Shown: positions 27,852-37,629, counted from the stretch's first letter. The stretch: DNA of 64,000 nt from an uncultured Thermococci archaeon (GCA_964549615.1 CAZJVP010000020.1:32001-96000); one strand, 5' to 3'. Program-made: numbers and translations. Notes: generated by a model from the letters alone, not told the origin.

Positions 27852-29714
27852 TTGAGGGTGCAAGACCTAAGGCCCGTCGCTATCGCCGTTTTGCTACTAC
27901 TTGCCCTCTCCGCGGTTGTGAGGCTTTACTTCGCCCAGCGATGGAACGGTTTGCCGACGAGCGACGCGTACTTCTTCGTCGCCTGGGCATCGGGGATTGC
28001 CCATTCCTCCCACCTGGATTTCCCCGGATCCGACGACCCCGCGTACGGGGACTACCCGAATGGATATGCGATGTTCACCTACATGCTTTCATCGACATCC
28101 GGCCTCCCAATCCTCGCCTTAGCCGGACTTCTCCCGATGATCATTGGCAGCCTTTGCACGCTTCCAGTCTACCTTGCTCTGCGCAGGGTATGTCCTGAGC
28201 CTGCCTACGCCGCCGTGGGGACGGCCCTCGTGGCCTTCTCCTTTACCTTCATCAAATACACTTCGGTCTCAATCCCCAACATGCTGGGACTCTACTTCTT
28301 TCCCCTAGTGGCCTGGGTGGCGCTCAAGCCGTCTTTGAGATCCAAGAAGCTGCTGCTCGTTCTGGCAATGTCCGTCGCGGCGGTCGCTCGGCTACACTAC
28401 CTCTCGCTGGTCTGTGTCGGGGTACTGCTTGCCATCGTGACCTCGAGAAGGCTCATGCTCAGGGCTTCAGGCGAAGAGCTCGACGTCCGGCGAGTGGCCT
28501 TCCTGCTCATCGTTGCCCTGGTGGCCGGCGTTCTGGCTTGGACGGCAGGCTACAGGATCATGCTGTCGATCTACGGGATAGACATCACGGCCCAGCCTCC
28601 AGCCCGCCTGAGCCAAGCCACTCGCCTCCAGGGGTATCCGGTTATCTTCGGATTGGTTCAGACCGCCGCGCTGCCGATCGGGCTCCTGGGACTTGCATCG
28701 GCATACTACGCCTCCAATTTCCGCAGGAAAACAAGAAGCCGGATGGACGCATTGCTTCTCTTCGTAGCGTGGTTTGCGTTCCTAGTCTTCGCCTCAGGCT
28801 TCTTCAGGGTCGAGTACTACCCTTTCCGTTTCAATTCCTTTCTGATGCTGCCCATGGGCATGATATCCGCGGTCGGACTTCGCCATCTTGAAGAGGCGAT
28901 GGCGAAACGTTCAACGACGAGGAAGGTTGCCCGGCTCGTCCTTCCAGGGGCGCTTCTAGTCGCGGCCCTGCAGCCCGTGGCACAGTCGTTCGTCATCAAG
29001 GACCAGGGAGAGAATCTATTGCCATGGAGGCAGGAGTACGGACCCCTCGAAGTCCCAGCAATGGAGTGGTGTGAGGCAAACCTGCTTCCCGGCGTGGATG
29101 ATTTCAGGCCCCAAGACGGCCTGCGCCGGCAGATGCTGATGGCCGACTGGGTGAGGTCGAGGGCGCTGAGGGCTCTGGGTTTCCGCCGTGTGCACCTGCA
29201 TTGGTGGTTCTTCCAGGGAGTGAACGTCCTGACGGGGGAACCGAATCCGTTCAGCGGCCTCGAGATCTACTCAGCCAACATCACCAAGGCAATGCTGCTG
29301 TTGGGCAGGCTCAACCTTCGCTCGACGACCGGGCTGGAGGAGGCGTACTACTACAAGTACATCTATGCTAGCGATCGGATGGCCGATCTCATCCGAAGGG
29401 AGTTCAAGAGACAGCCTGACTTTGAGAAGTTCGACACCTACGACGGGAGGTACGCATACTTCGCCACGTCCAACCCCGAGATGGACTTCGTGGCGAACCG
29501 GAGCTACGTGCCGACGGGCTACACGGTCAAGCGCGGCCCGTGGGGGGAGATCACCCGCTACCTTAGGCCGGGGGCCATTCCTCAAACCGATATGCTAGTC
29601 TACCGTCTGAGGCCGTTCGATAAAATCTATGGGGTCAGCGGGGTGGCGGTGTATGACAGGGTGCCGCTAAGTCCCGGTTACAACATGGGCAAATCGAGAG
29701 TCTTCTCGGCCTAG
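27852..29714 (+). CDS. Polytopic membrane protein, probable GT-C-fold glycosyltransferase-like
   Basis: About 11 TM segments, first loop GLPTSDAYFF...YGDYP, large soluble C-terminal domain; directly follows the GT4 cluster. Confidence 0.6.
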   Translation: MRVQDLRPVAIAVLLLLALSAVVRLYFAQRWNGLPTSDAYFFVAWASGIAHSSHLDFPGSDDPAYGDYPNGYAMFTYMLSSTSGLPILALAGLLPMIIGSLCTLPVYLALRRVCPEPAYAAVGTALVAFSFTFIKYTSVSIPNMLGLYFFPLVAWVALKPSLRSKKLLLVLAMSVAAVARLHYLSLVCVGVLLAIVTSRRLMLRASGEELDVRRVAFLLIVALVAGVLAWTAGYRIMLSIYGIDITAQPPARLSQATRLQGYPVIFGLVQTAALPIGLLGLASAYYASNFRRKTRSRMDALLLFVAWFAFLVFASGFFRVEYYPFRFNSFLMLPMGMISAVGLRHLEEAMAKRSTTRKVARLVLPGALLVAALQPVAQSFVIKDQGENLLPWRQEYGPLEVPAMEWCEANLLPGVDDFRPQDGLRRQMLMADWVRSRALRALGFRRVHLHWWFFQGVNVLTGEPNPFSGLEIYSANITKAMLLLGRLNLRSTTGLEEAYYYKYIYASDRMADLIRREFKRQPDFEKFDTYDGRYAYFATSNPEMDFVANRSYVPTGYTVKRGPWGEITRYLRPGAIPQTDMLVYRLRPFDKIYGVSGVAVYDRVPLSPGYNMGKSRVFSA

Positions 29715-29833
29715 ACCTGGCGGAGATTGGCCGCTCTCCTGGGCGTGAACCGGGCGTACAGGGGCAAAATCCAGCCCTATCTCGTCCTCTACCTTTCCCT
29801 TCTCCTCCAAGGAAAACCGGGATACCATGCGGT

Positions 29834-29989
29834 CTAGAACGATATCTTCTTGATCTCGGTGATGCCTTTGGCCTTCTTGTAGGCCTCGCAATCCCGCTTG
29901 CTACAGTTCTCAACGTACCGGTTGGTGAGGGTGCAGTAGGTGAGCCTCTGGTAGCCCTTCTGCCTCATGTACTCGCAAGAGCGTATCAT
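29834..29989 (-). CDS. 51-aa four-Cys small protein (not in the ORF track)
   Basis: Hand translation MIRSCEYMRQKGYQRLTYCTLTNRYVENCSKRDCEAYKKAKGITEIKKISF*; gene-like codons, gaagga upstream, TTTTTAAA box at ~30029-30036. Confidence 0.65.
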   Translation of the reverse strand: MIRSCEYMRQKGYQRLTYCTLTNRYVENCSKRDCEAYKKAKGITEIKKISF

Positions 29990-30098
29990 GCGGATCCTTC
30001 CCAGGCGCTGGCAGCAGCGCTGGGAGCATTTAAAAATGCATTTAGCCTGGGCGTCGAACCTGACGAAGGATGGAAGACGCGAAAACTAAGACGCGCCG

Positions 30099-30284
30099 CT
30101 AAGCCTTCTTGAGAATGGGGAGACCGGTTTTCTTGTTGACGATGACCTTCATCCCGGGAGGGATCTTGTCAACTGGTGCGCCACCTTTCTTCTTCGCCGC
30201 CGCCTCGTCGCCGGTAAAGTAGAATATCCGGCCCTTCTTGTACAGATAGTAGGTCTTTCCCTTCGACTGATACGAGTAGGCCAT
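30099..30284 (-). CDS. Small basic conserved hypothetical protein (TYYL...IFYF...N..TGLP.LKK family)
   Basis: 61 aa, Lys-rich; strong TATA region at ~30317-30330. I recognise the motif pattern from an uncharacterised family. Confidence 0.8.
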   Translation of the reverse strand: MAYSYQSKGKTYYLYKKGRIFYFTGDEAAAKKKGGAPVDKIPPGMKVIVNKKTGLPILKKA

Positions 30285-30394
30285 TCCAACCCACCGCTTG
30301 GCCCGCGCTGCCTGGGTTTATAAATATATTGCGGTTTGCTATTTCTTAAGCGATAAGCATTGCGATTGATTTTGCTTAACGGCTGCCAACGCAG

Positions 30395-30682
30395 TTACAC
30401 TTCGGGTCCTCGCGCTGATGCCTTGTTTTCCATGATGGCCTTGAGGACCTCATCCTTCGCCAAGCGACGCCCCGCCGAAACGAGCGCGCCCCCGACCACG
30501 ACTGCGGGCGTTGATCTCACTTGGTGCTGAAGAGCGGTCAGGAAATCTTCCTCCTTGTCGAGATCGTACTCCTTCAGTTCAATTTCGCCGGCCATCTCAT
30601 GGGCAAGCTCCGCAAGGATCTTCTTCGCATGTGGGCAGTTCGGACAGTCCTTCTTTGTGAACAGCATTACCTCAACCGGCAT
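30395..30682 (-). CDS. Thioredoxin/glutaredoxin-like protein
   Basis: CPNC active site and STP cis-Pro motif; 15 nt downstream of the nrdD-like gene. Confidence 0.9.
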   Translation of the reverse strand: MPVEVMLFTKKDCPNCPHAKKILAELAHEMAGEIELKEYDLDKEEDFLTALQHQVRSTPAVVVGGALVSAGRRLAKDEVLKAIMENKASARGPEV

Positions 30683-30697
30683 TCTGCTCCAGCTCCT

Positions 30698-32719
30698 TCA
30701 GATCGCATAGCGCTTCCTGTATAAGAGTTGTCTGCGTGACCCAGCGTTCCATCCCCCGATCTCCTCGCGAATCCCGACCCTGCTTACCTCGCCGCCGATC
30801 CTTGAAATCCAGTCGACATCCTCGGAGCGGCACGAGCTGCAGGCGTAGGACAACCCGGGAGACGTGGCATTACATCCCATGCACACCGTCAGGTCCTGCG
30901 TGAAGCTGAAAAGCCCAACCCCCGTTCGAGCCATCCTGAGCGTCTGCTTCCACAAGACCTCCGGCTTTGGCACGTCGGCCAACCACACATTGAAGGCCGC
31001 GCCTCCCCGAAGGAAGGGATGGAACTCGGCCTCTATCTCAAGCCTTTCCTCAAGGGGTATGTCTGCGGATGCCCTAACCTGCGCGCCGTCGGTATACGAA
31101 AAGGACCCGTCGGAAACATCTCCGTCCCCCACAAACCGAGCCTTGAACTCCCGGCGGTCGATGCGCGCCAACCTGTTGGTGGCCTCAAGCGAGGGCGACT
31201 GACAGATCCCGTAGCGCATGCCCGTCTCCCTCGACGACTCGCGCGCGAAATCGGCCATAAACCGGAGCAGTTCCAAGGCGAGGTGCCGGGCATCATCCGA
31301 CTCGTGGAGCTCCGACCCGGTGATGGACTTCACCGCCTCGTTCACGCCAACGACTCCGAAGAGCATGTGCTGCTTGTCGATCTCGAGCCTCGCCGCTTGG
31401 CCGACCGTCTGCGCAGCAAACCCGAGTGAACCCTCCTTCATCCTCGATTGTATCAGGTCCTTCTTCAACATGAGAACCGATCTTGCTAGGTTCATTCTCT
31501 CCAGCAGGAGATCGTACAGCCTCTTCTCCCTGCCGCGAGACTCGCAGGCGATCCTAGGAAGGTTGATTGTGACTTCCCCCAGCACACCACCCCTGAGGCT
31601 TCCGGTCTGTCCCGGAGAGCCCTCCACCATGAGCAGCGACTCAACCGAACAGTGCCAGGTCAGAATGTCGGGCCGGAACATATTGAGGAAGACCGGCGAG
31701 CCAAACCTCGCGGCCAGCTCGCACGCCGCGAGGTACTCGTCTCCAGATTCGTTTACCGCCTTGGGGTCGAGTTTGATTTCGACCTGCGGGAATGGGAAGG
31801 GCTTCCCGGTGAAGTCGCCCCTGAGGAGAACCTCGATCATGCCCCGGTATATGGCGAGCGACTCGTCGACGTAATCCGAGTATGTCTCCGGGCCCAAGAC
31901 CCCGCCCGGTTTCACCGCGCGAACTTCAAGGAGCTCCTGGGGAACTCCAGGATACAGGGAAACCGAGCTAAGCACCATCTGGCCTCCCCTCGCCACATAC
32001 TGCTGGCTCATCTCGTAGATGAACATCTGGCAAAGCTGCACGACGCCCCTTTCGTCCCTTCCCTCCAGGTACGGGGCCATGAAGACGTTGAAGAGGTTGT
32101 AGGACTGCCCCCCTGACCAGAAGACCTGGGACGCCGCGAGGGCCTTCGCGGCCTGGAATATGGCCACCTCGCCGTGCCTCGCGGGCCCGGCTACCGCGGT
32201 GTCCTTCCCGGACCCATCCACCTTCAGGCCCCACATTAGGATGTCCCTGAGATCATGGACGAAGCAGTAGGGGCGCGTGACGAAGTACTCCAGGTCGTGT
32301 ATGTGGATGACGCCACGGCGGTGGGCGTCCGCGATCTCGGTGGGGATGACCCTAGACAGCGCGTACTCCCTGGCTATCAGGTCGCCCATGTACTTGTGAA
32401 TCGATTCCGGATTGAACTGGGCGCTCGCCTCCATCCTCGCTTCGCCGGAAAGAATCCTCTGAACGTCGTACACCGGAAGGCCAAGCCGCTGATGCTTGGA
32501 CGCGATGTCGTCGAAGCCGTACTCTATTAGTTTGGCGTTGACGATTTCCCGGATCATCGTGGTCGTGGGCGATATGTCGATCCTCGAAAGATAGCTTTCG
32601 ACATCGGCGGCCACCTTCTCGGCGATGCGGAGCGGCGCGTTCGCCTCGTTCACGAGGGCCCTCACTATCTTGTTCCTATCGAAGGGCTCGATGGTGTCGT
32701 GGGAAGTCCGTACCCTCAA
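30698..32719 (-). CDS. Class III ribonucleotide reductase-like protein with ATP cone and degenerate catalytic motifs
   Basis: ATP cone, IHIHDLEY, RPYC, GGQS, TINLPRIA, GVVGVNE, CxxC-CxxC. Radical motif reads SRIGGE instead of SRITGY. Confidence 0.85.
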   Translation of the reverse strand: MRVRTSHDTIEPFDRNKIVRALVNEANAPLRIAEKVAADVESYLSRIDISPTTTMIREIVNAKLIEYGFDDIASKHQRLGLPVYDVQRILSGEARMEASAQFNPESIHKYMGDLIAREYALSRVIPTEIADAHRRGVIHIHDLEYFVTRPYCFVHDLRDILMWGLKVDGSGKDTAVAGPARHGEVAIFQAAKALAASQVFWSGGQSYNLFNVFMAPYLEGRDERGVVQLCQMFIYEMSQQYVARGGQMVLSSVSLYPGVPQELLEVRAVKPGGVLGPETYSDYVDESLAIYRGMIEVLLRGDFTGKPFPFPQVEIKLDPKAVNESGDEYLAACELAARFGSPVFLNMFRPDILTWHCSVESLLMVEGSPGQTGSLRGGVLGEVTINLPRIACESRGREKRLYDLLLERMNLARSVLMLKKDLIQSRMKEGSLGFAAQTVGQAARLEIDKQHMLFGVVGVNEAVKSITGSELHESDDARHLALELLRFMADFARESSRETGMRYGICQSPSLEATNRLARIDRREFKARFVGDGDVSDGSFSYTDGAQVRASADIPLEERLEIEAEFHPFLRGGAAFNVWLADVPKPEVLWKQTLRMARTGVGLFSFTQDLTVCMGCNATSPGLSYACSSCRSEDVDWISRIGGEVSRVGIREEIGGWNAGSRRQLLYRKRYAI

Positions 32720-32734
32720 TGTCCTACCGGCTTA

Positions 32735-32800
32735 TGAGAATTTCGATGAATGTCGGTTGACTGATAAGTAGCAATATATATAAAATTGAGCTTTTAAGCG
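32735..32800. promoter_or_regulatory. AT-rich divergent promoter region between the nrdD-like gene and the wHTH-thpR-cca unit
   Basis: aatatatataaaa at ~32772-32784 and ttttaa at ~32792, between divergent start codons. Confidence 0.6.
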
Positions 32801-32822
32801 CCAGCCGCGGGGGACCGGCCCC

Positions 32823-33308
32823 TTGATGCTTTCAAGAGCCGAAATGCAACTCCTCATATCGTTGAGGGATTCCTTCAAGACCAGGAGCGAGCTGGACGCT
32901 GAGGATCTCTGCCACAGGGACACGCTTTCCAAGTGCCTCAGAAGGATGGAAGAGCTGGGATTCATCCTCAGGACGCCCAGGTGGATGGACGGGCGCTACA
33001 CGGCCGAGTTCAACCTCACCAGGTGGGGCAGGGAGATGGCCCTGATTCTGGAATCCTTCAAGCTCGGGGATATGCCCGAGACGGGCATCACGGAGCAGCG
33101 CTTCAGGATCATGCTCCTCTGCAGGGAGGGCAAACGGTTCGGCGAAATACGCGATGAGCTCGGGATAGCCGAGCCGAACGTGGACAGACAGCTGAAGATC
33201 CTTCTAGCGGCAGGGATCATCCAGAAGGAGGGCGATGCATACCTGCTCAGTCCGAGTGGCAGGGCTCTTGTGAAGACCTTGGAACAGAAGGCAAGCCAGG
33301 CGATGTAA
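32823..33308 (+). CDS. Tandem winged-helix (ArsR/HxlR-like) transcriptional regulator
   Basis: Two wHTH repeats: TLSKCLRRMEELGFI...FNLTRWG and NVDRQLKILLAAGII...YLLSPSG. Confidence 0.8.
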   Translation: MMLSRAEMQLLISLRDSFKTRSELDAEDLCHRDTLSKCLRRMEELGFILRTPRWMDGRYTAEFNLTRWGREMALILESFKLGDMPETGITEQRFRIMLLCREGKRFGEIRDELGIAEPNVDRQLKILLAAGIIQKEGDAYLLSPSGRALVKTLEQKASQAM

Positions 33309-33875
33309 ATGCAGGAGAGGATCAGGTCGTTCATAGCGGTAGAGACCCCCCAAGAGCTGGTGGCACGCATCGAGCCATTGTTGGAGGATCTTGCCAAACT
33401 CGGCGATCTCCGCGTCGTGAGGAGGGAGAACCTTCATTACACCGTGAAGTTCCTGGGCGAAATTTCACCCGAGATGATCGGGCCTATCGGCGACCGCATG
33501 AGGTCGGTCAGCGGCATGCTCGGCTTCCGGATCAACATAGGCGGAATCGGAGCATTCCCGAGCGCAAGTAAGCCAAGGGTCGTATGGATCGGAGCATCCA
33601 GCGAGGGGGACAAGATGGTCGCGCTCGCGAGGCTGCTTGACGAGCGCCTTCACGAGCTGGGCTTTGCGAGGGAGAGAAGCTACGTCCCTCACCTGACCCT
33701 CGCGCGAAGCCGCACTGGGAGAGGGAGTCCCCGACTCGTCCGGTACATAGAGAGCATGCGTGACGTCCAGATTGGATCGATGATCGTCAATAGCATGGTT
33801 CTTAAGAAATCGGTCCTCACACCTCAAGGCCCGATCTACTCGGACCTTCTCAGGGTGGAGTCGCCGGGGGTGTGA
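33309..33875 (+). CDS. thpR: RNA 2',3'-cyclic phosphodiesterase (2H family, LigT/ThpR)
   Basis: RSFIAV, LHYTVKFLG and PHLTLAR (two HxT motifs), SVLTPQGPIY. Confidence 0.95.
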   Translation: MQERIRSFIAVETPQELVARIEPLLEDLAKLGDLRVVRRENLHYTVKFLGEISPEMIGPIGDRMRSVSGMLGFRINIGGIGAFPSASKPRVVWIGASSEGDKMVALARLLDERLHELGFARERSYVPHLTLARSRTGRGSPRLVRYIESMRDVQIGSMIVNSMVLKKSVLTPQGPIYSDLLRVESPGV

Positions 33876-35284
33876 AGCTGGCGGACCCTGAATCCCTCCT
33901 CCCAAGTATCCTCAAGAGGATAACCCCTTCCCCGAGGACGCGGTCCATAGTTGAGCCCCTCGCCCGGGCCATCACCTCCGAGATCGAGGGGATCGTTCAG
34001 GGCGTGTTGCCGGGCTGTGTAGTGGAGGTTGAGGGATCCGTCGCGAAAGGCACCTACCTGGAAAGCCAACACGACATCGATATCTTCGTGTTCTTCCCGC
34101 CGGAGACGTCGAGGCCGCAGATGGAGGAGACGATCCTAAGCGTTGGCAAACGGTGGGCGGAAAACCGGCATGCGAAGTACCAAATCGCATACGCGGAGCA
34201 TCCCTACGTAAGGGTTTTCCTTGACCACGAGGGCCTAACCTTCAAGGTCGACGTTGTGGGAGCGTTCCTGATACGATCCACATCCAAGCTCAAGTCCGCG
34301 GTGGACAGGACGAGATTCCACACAGCCTACGTCAGGCAGAGATTGACCCCTCAGCTCCGCGACGAGATCCTGCTGACCAAGCAGTTCATGAAAGGGATCG
34401 GCGTGTACGGATCAGAGTCCAGGGTCGGCGGCTTCTCCGGCCTCCTCTGCGAAGTCCTGACGATCGCTCATCGAACGTTCCTTGAGCTTCTCAGGGCAGC
34501 TGCGGAGTGGCGCCCCGGACAAGTCGTCGATGTCGAAGGACTTGGTGCCGGTCGGAAAACCTTCGACGCAGCTCTCGTCGTCATCGACCCCACGGATGGA
34601 CGCAGAAACGCCGCGGCCGCAGTCTCCCTAGAGAAGATGTGCACATTCATACATGCGGCAAGGAGCTTCCTCGAGAATCCGACCGAGCGTTACTTCTTCC
34701 CGAAGCCGAGAAGACCCCTGCCGAAGTCCGAGCTCATGCGTATCCTCAAGGCAAGGCGAACCAAGCTACTAATCATCGAGTTCCGCAGGCCAGACATCAT
34801 CGACGACATACTGTACCCACAGATCGAGAGGATGACATCCGCCCTCAGGGGACAGCTCGCCGAGAAGGGGTTCACCCTAGTCGGACCGTCCACCGACTCG
34901 GTTCGGGAGGATGGTGGAAAGATCCATATCCTCATCGAGCTTGGGGTTGCGTCGTTGGCCCGCGTCGAGAAGAGGAAGGGCCCGGGCTTGGACAGGATTG
35001 GCCACGCAAGGAGGTTCCTTGCAAAGCACAGGGAAGAATACCCGTATCTGGAGGGTGCGAACTGGTGCGTCGACGCCCCCAGGAAGTACAGCGAGCCGGA
35101 ACAGCTCCTCTCCTTCATACTGTCCAGCAACCCCCAGGGGATCCTCCCGGGCAACCTCGCTGCCGCTTTGTCGAAGGGCTGGGCGATCAGGGCTGACGAG
35201 GAGGCGGTCAGGCTGGCGTCGCCCACCGTGAGGCAGATGTTGACCGAGCATTTCTGCAGGCTTTTTCCCTGGGAGATCGAGTGA
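33872..35284 (+). CDS. cca: Class I CCA-adding enzyme
   Basis: GSVAKGTYL...DIDIF, YAEHPYV, SAVDRT.FHT, GGFSGLLCE, DPTD.RRNAAAA. Confidence 0.96.
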   Translation: MKLADPESLLPSILKRITPSPRTRSIVEPLARAITSEIEGIVQGVLPGCVVEVEGSVAKGTYLESQHDIDIFVFFPPETSRPQMEETILSVGKRWAENRHAKYQIAYAEHPYVRVFLDHEGLTFKVDVVGAFLIRSTSKLKSAVDRTRFHTAYVRQRLTPQLRDEILLTKQFMKGIGVYGSESRVGGFSGLLCEVLTIAHRTFLELLRAAAEWRPGQVVDVEGLGAGRKTFDAALVVIDPTDGRRNAAAAVSLEKMCTFIHAARSFLENPTERYFFPKPRRPLPKSELMRILKARRTKLLIIEFRRPDIIDDILYPQIERMTSALRGQLAEKGFTLVGPSTDSVREDGGKIHILIELGVASLARVEKRKGPGLDRIGHARRFLAKHREEYPYLEGANWCVDAPRKYSEPEQLLSFILSSNPQGILPGNLAAALSKGWAIRADEEAVRLASPTVRQMLTEHFCRLFPWEIE

Positions 35285-35394
35285 TGTTCAACAACTTACG
35301 ATAATTTCCACATGTATCCGAAATCTTTATAAGTCGCGGACGCGCACGCAAACGCCACCCGATTTCCCTCATTGCCGACTCGGCGGCGATTACC

Positions 35395-37626
35395 ATGGCG
35401 TGGACCAACAAGATGCCTGAGGTTCGGAAGAGCATAGGGGTGATAAAGCCCTGGAACAGGAAGGAGATCTACGACTCCCTGATCAAGGAAGCTGGCATCT
35501 CGCCAACGATGGCGAACAAGATCACAGACCTCGTCGAACTGGAACTCCGCCGGCTCAAGATCGAGAAGAACGTGGAGTGGCTTTCAGGAGAGATGATCAG
35601 GGTACTAGTCGAGAGGGAGTTGATCAATCAGGGGCTGGAGAACGAACGGAAGCTCTACAGCAGGACCGGCATGCCCCTCTATGACCTGGAGCAGCTCTAC
35701 TTCCATTACGACTGGGAGAACAGCAACCAGCACCCTGCCCCCGAGTTCATCCATAAGACCATGGCCGACCAGATGAGCCGTCAGTACGCGCTGATGAAGC
35801 TGTTTAACGTCGACATAACCACCTCCACGGGGGCCAGCTACAACCTGTCGGATGCCCACATGAGCGGGATGATCCACATCCACGACCTCGACTACCTCGA
35901 CCGGCCTTTCTGCAACCAGATCTCGGGACGCTATGTCTTTCGCAACGGCCTCTACATCGACGGCACGGGCCAGTATTGCAACGTCTCATCGCCGCCCAAG
36001 CACCTGGATACCGCCATCAAGCTCGCGTGCGAGTTTCTGGCCGCCTGCAGCAGGAACTGGAATGGCGGCCAAGCCTGGAGGAACATTGCGTGGGAGCTCG
36101 GACCCTTCATCGAGAAGGCAGCCAAGACGAGTTGGACGACGAAGGCCGTCAACGGCATGCAGATCCCCGCCAACATCGTCCAGGGCGCGCAGACCCTGAG
36201 GTATGAGCCGAACCACATACTGGTATCAAGGGGCAGCCAGGCGGCCTTCTCGACCTCGTACTTCCAGGCGAAGCCGCCGAAGTACCTCAGGGAAGCGGAC
36301 GTGGTTTTGCCGGGCGGCGAGGTTGAGAGGGACTCCAGCTACGAGCAGTATGCCGAGTACGTCTACATGTTCATGTACGCCTACCTGATGGAGTCCATAA
36401 AGGGCGATCACTCTGGGAAGATGTTCGACTGGATGAAGGACGACATCAGCATCGACCCAAAGCTCAGGTCGGACAATGAGATCTGCGAGAACATCTACGA
36501 GCCCACGATGAAGTACATCGCCAAGTTTGGCGGACCGTACCTGCTCAACGGCCGCAACGTCCAGGATGATGAGGTCGAATGCTCCTCCTGCTGCTCCCTG
36601 GTGATAAGATCCAAGGATCCAGAGGACTTCGAGTTAGCCGCAAAGGGGGTTCTCCAACAGGGCGGGTTTTCCTGCACGACCCTCAACCTGCCAAGGATCG
36701 CCTACGATGCTCACGGCGACGATGATGTCTTCTTCGAGCTTCTCCGGGAGCGAATGGAGGTCATGCGGGAGGTTCATCTGATCCGGCGGGAGTTCTTCAG
36801 GAAGGTGATGAAGAGCGGCGCCACTCCCTTCCTCCTGCAGCCGAGAATCAGGAGCGGCCCGGACAAGGACCTTACTCCCTTCTTTGACCTGGACAAGCAA
36901 AGCCTGCTCATGGGGATGGTTGGCCTCAATGAGGCCGTCCAGAAGCACCTGGGGCAGGAGCTCCACGAATCAGCGGATGCCCACAGGTTCGGCCTCAAAA
37001 CAATAAAGGCGATGGTCGACGCCGCGGCAGAGTTCAGTGAAGAGACCGGCGCGCCCTTCGCCGTATGGAGGACGCCAGCCGAAACCGCAGCCCACCGACT
37101 CGCCGGCATCGATAACGAGCTTTACGGAAACGAGGCAATCGTCCGGGGCGACCGGCGGTCAGGGGCCGTCTACTACACGAACTCCACGCACGTCAGGGTC
37201 TCTGCGGACGTCCCGCTCTTCCGAAGGATCCTGCTTGAGTCCTCCTTCCACGCGCTCCTAGGCAGCAACCTGCTGCACATCTGGTTGGGCGAGGGCAACC
37301 CTGACCCCGAGGCCATTTGGTCGCTCACCGAGAAGATCATTAACCAGACGGCGGCCGAGTACTTCACGTATACCAAGGAGATCAGCACCTGCTACAGCTG
37401 CTTCACGACCTTCTCCGGAATCGTCGACCGCTGCCCCAACTGCGGCCAGGACGGCAGCAACATCTACGTTCAGTCCCGCATCACCGGGTACATGTCGACC
37501 ATCGGAAGAGCAAAGGACATAATCGCGCTCAAGAACAGGGATATGACGGCGCTCGAGAATCTTCACTGGAACAAGGGAAAGAGCATGGAGATGATCGAGA
37601 GACACAGGACCCCGAACCTCTCTTGA
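35395..37626 (+). CDS. nrdD: Anaerobic (class III) ribonucleoside-triphosphate reductase
   Basis: ATP cone, IHIHDLDY, RPFC, finger-loop SSCCSL, TPAETAAHR, YYTNSTH, CYSC/CPNC, glycyl-radical motif SRITGY, WNKGK..E. Confidence 0.93.
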   Translation: MAWTNKMPEVRKSIGVIKPWNRKEIYDSLIKEAGISPTMANKITDLVELELRRLKIEKNVEWLSGEMIRVLVERELINQGLENERKLYSRTGMPLYDLEQLYFHYDWENSNQHPAPEFIHKTMADQMSRQYALMKLFNVDITTSTGASYNLSDAHMSGMIHIHDLDYLDRPFCNQISGRYVFRNGLYIDGTGQYCNVSSPPKHLDTAIKLACEFLAACSRNWNGGQAWRNIAWELGPFIEKAAKTSWTTKAVNGMQIPANIVQGAQTLRYEPNHILVSRGSQAAFSTSYFQAKPPKYLREADVVLPGGEVERDSSYEQYAEYVYMFMYAYLMESIKGDHSGKMFDWMKDDISIDPKLRSDNEICENIYEPTMKYIAKFGGPYLLNGRNVQDDEVECSSCCSLVIRSKDPEDFELAAKGVLQQGGFSCTTLNLPRIAYDAHGDDDVFFELLRERMEVMREVHLIRREFFRKVMKSGATPFLLQPRIRSGPDKDLTPFFDLDKQSLLMGMVGLNEAVQKHLGQELHESADAHRFGLKTIKAMVDAAAEFSEETGAPFAVWRTPAETAAHRLAGIDNELYGNEAIVRGDRRSGAVYYTNSTHVRVSADVPLFRRILLESSFHALLGSNLLHIWLGEGNPDPEAIWSLTEKIINQTAAEYFTYTKEISTCYSCFTTFSGIVDRCPNCGQDGSNIYVQSRITGYMSTIGRAKDIIALKNRDMTALENLHWNKGKSMEMIERHRTPNLS

Positions 37627-37629
37627 TCG

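Noticed and set aside
30698-32719. Calling the degenerate nrdD a pseudogene
   Set aside because: The frame is uninterrupted and structural motifs are retained, so it is treated as a CDS pending dN/dS.
32732-32770. Possible C/D-box sRNA (GATGAA...CTGA)
   Set aside because: No proper RTGATGA C box or C'/D' pair; the region is better explained as a divergent promoter.
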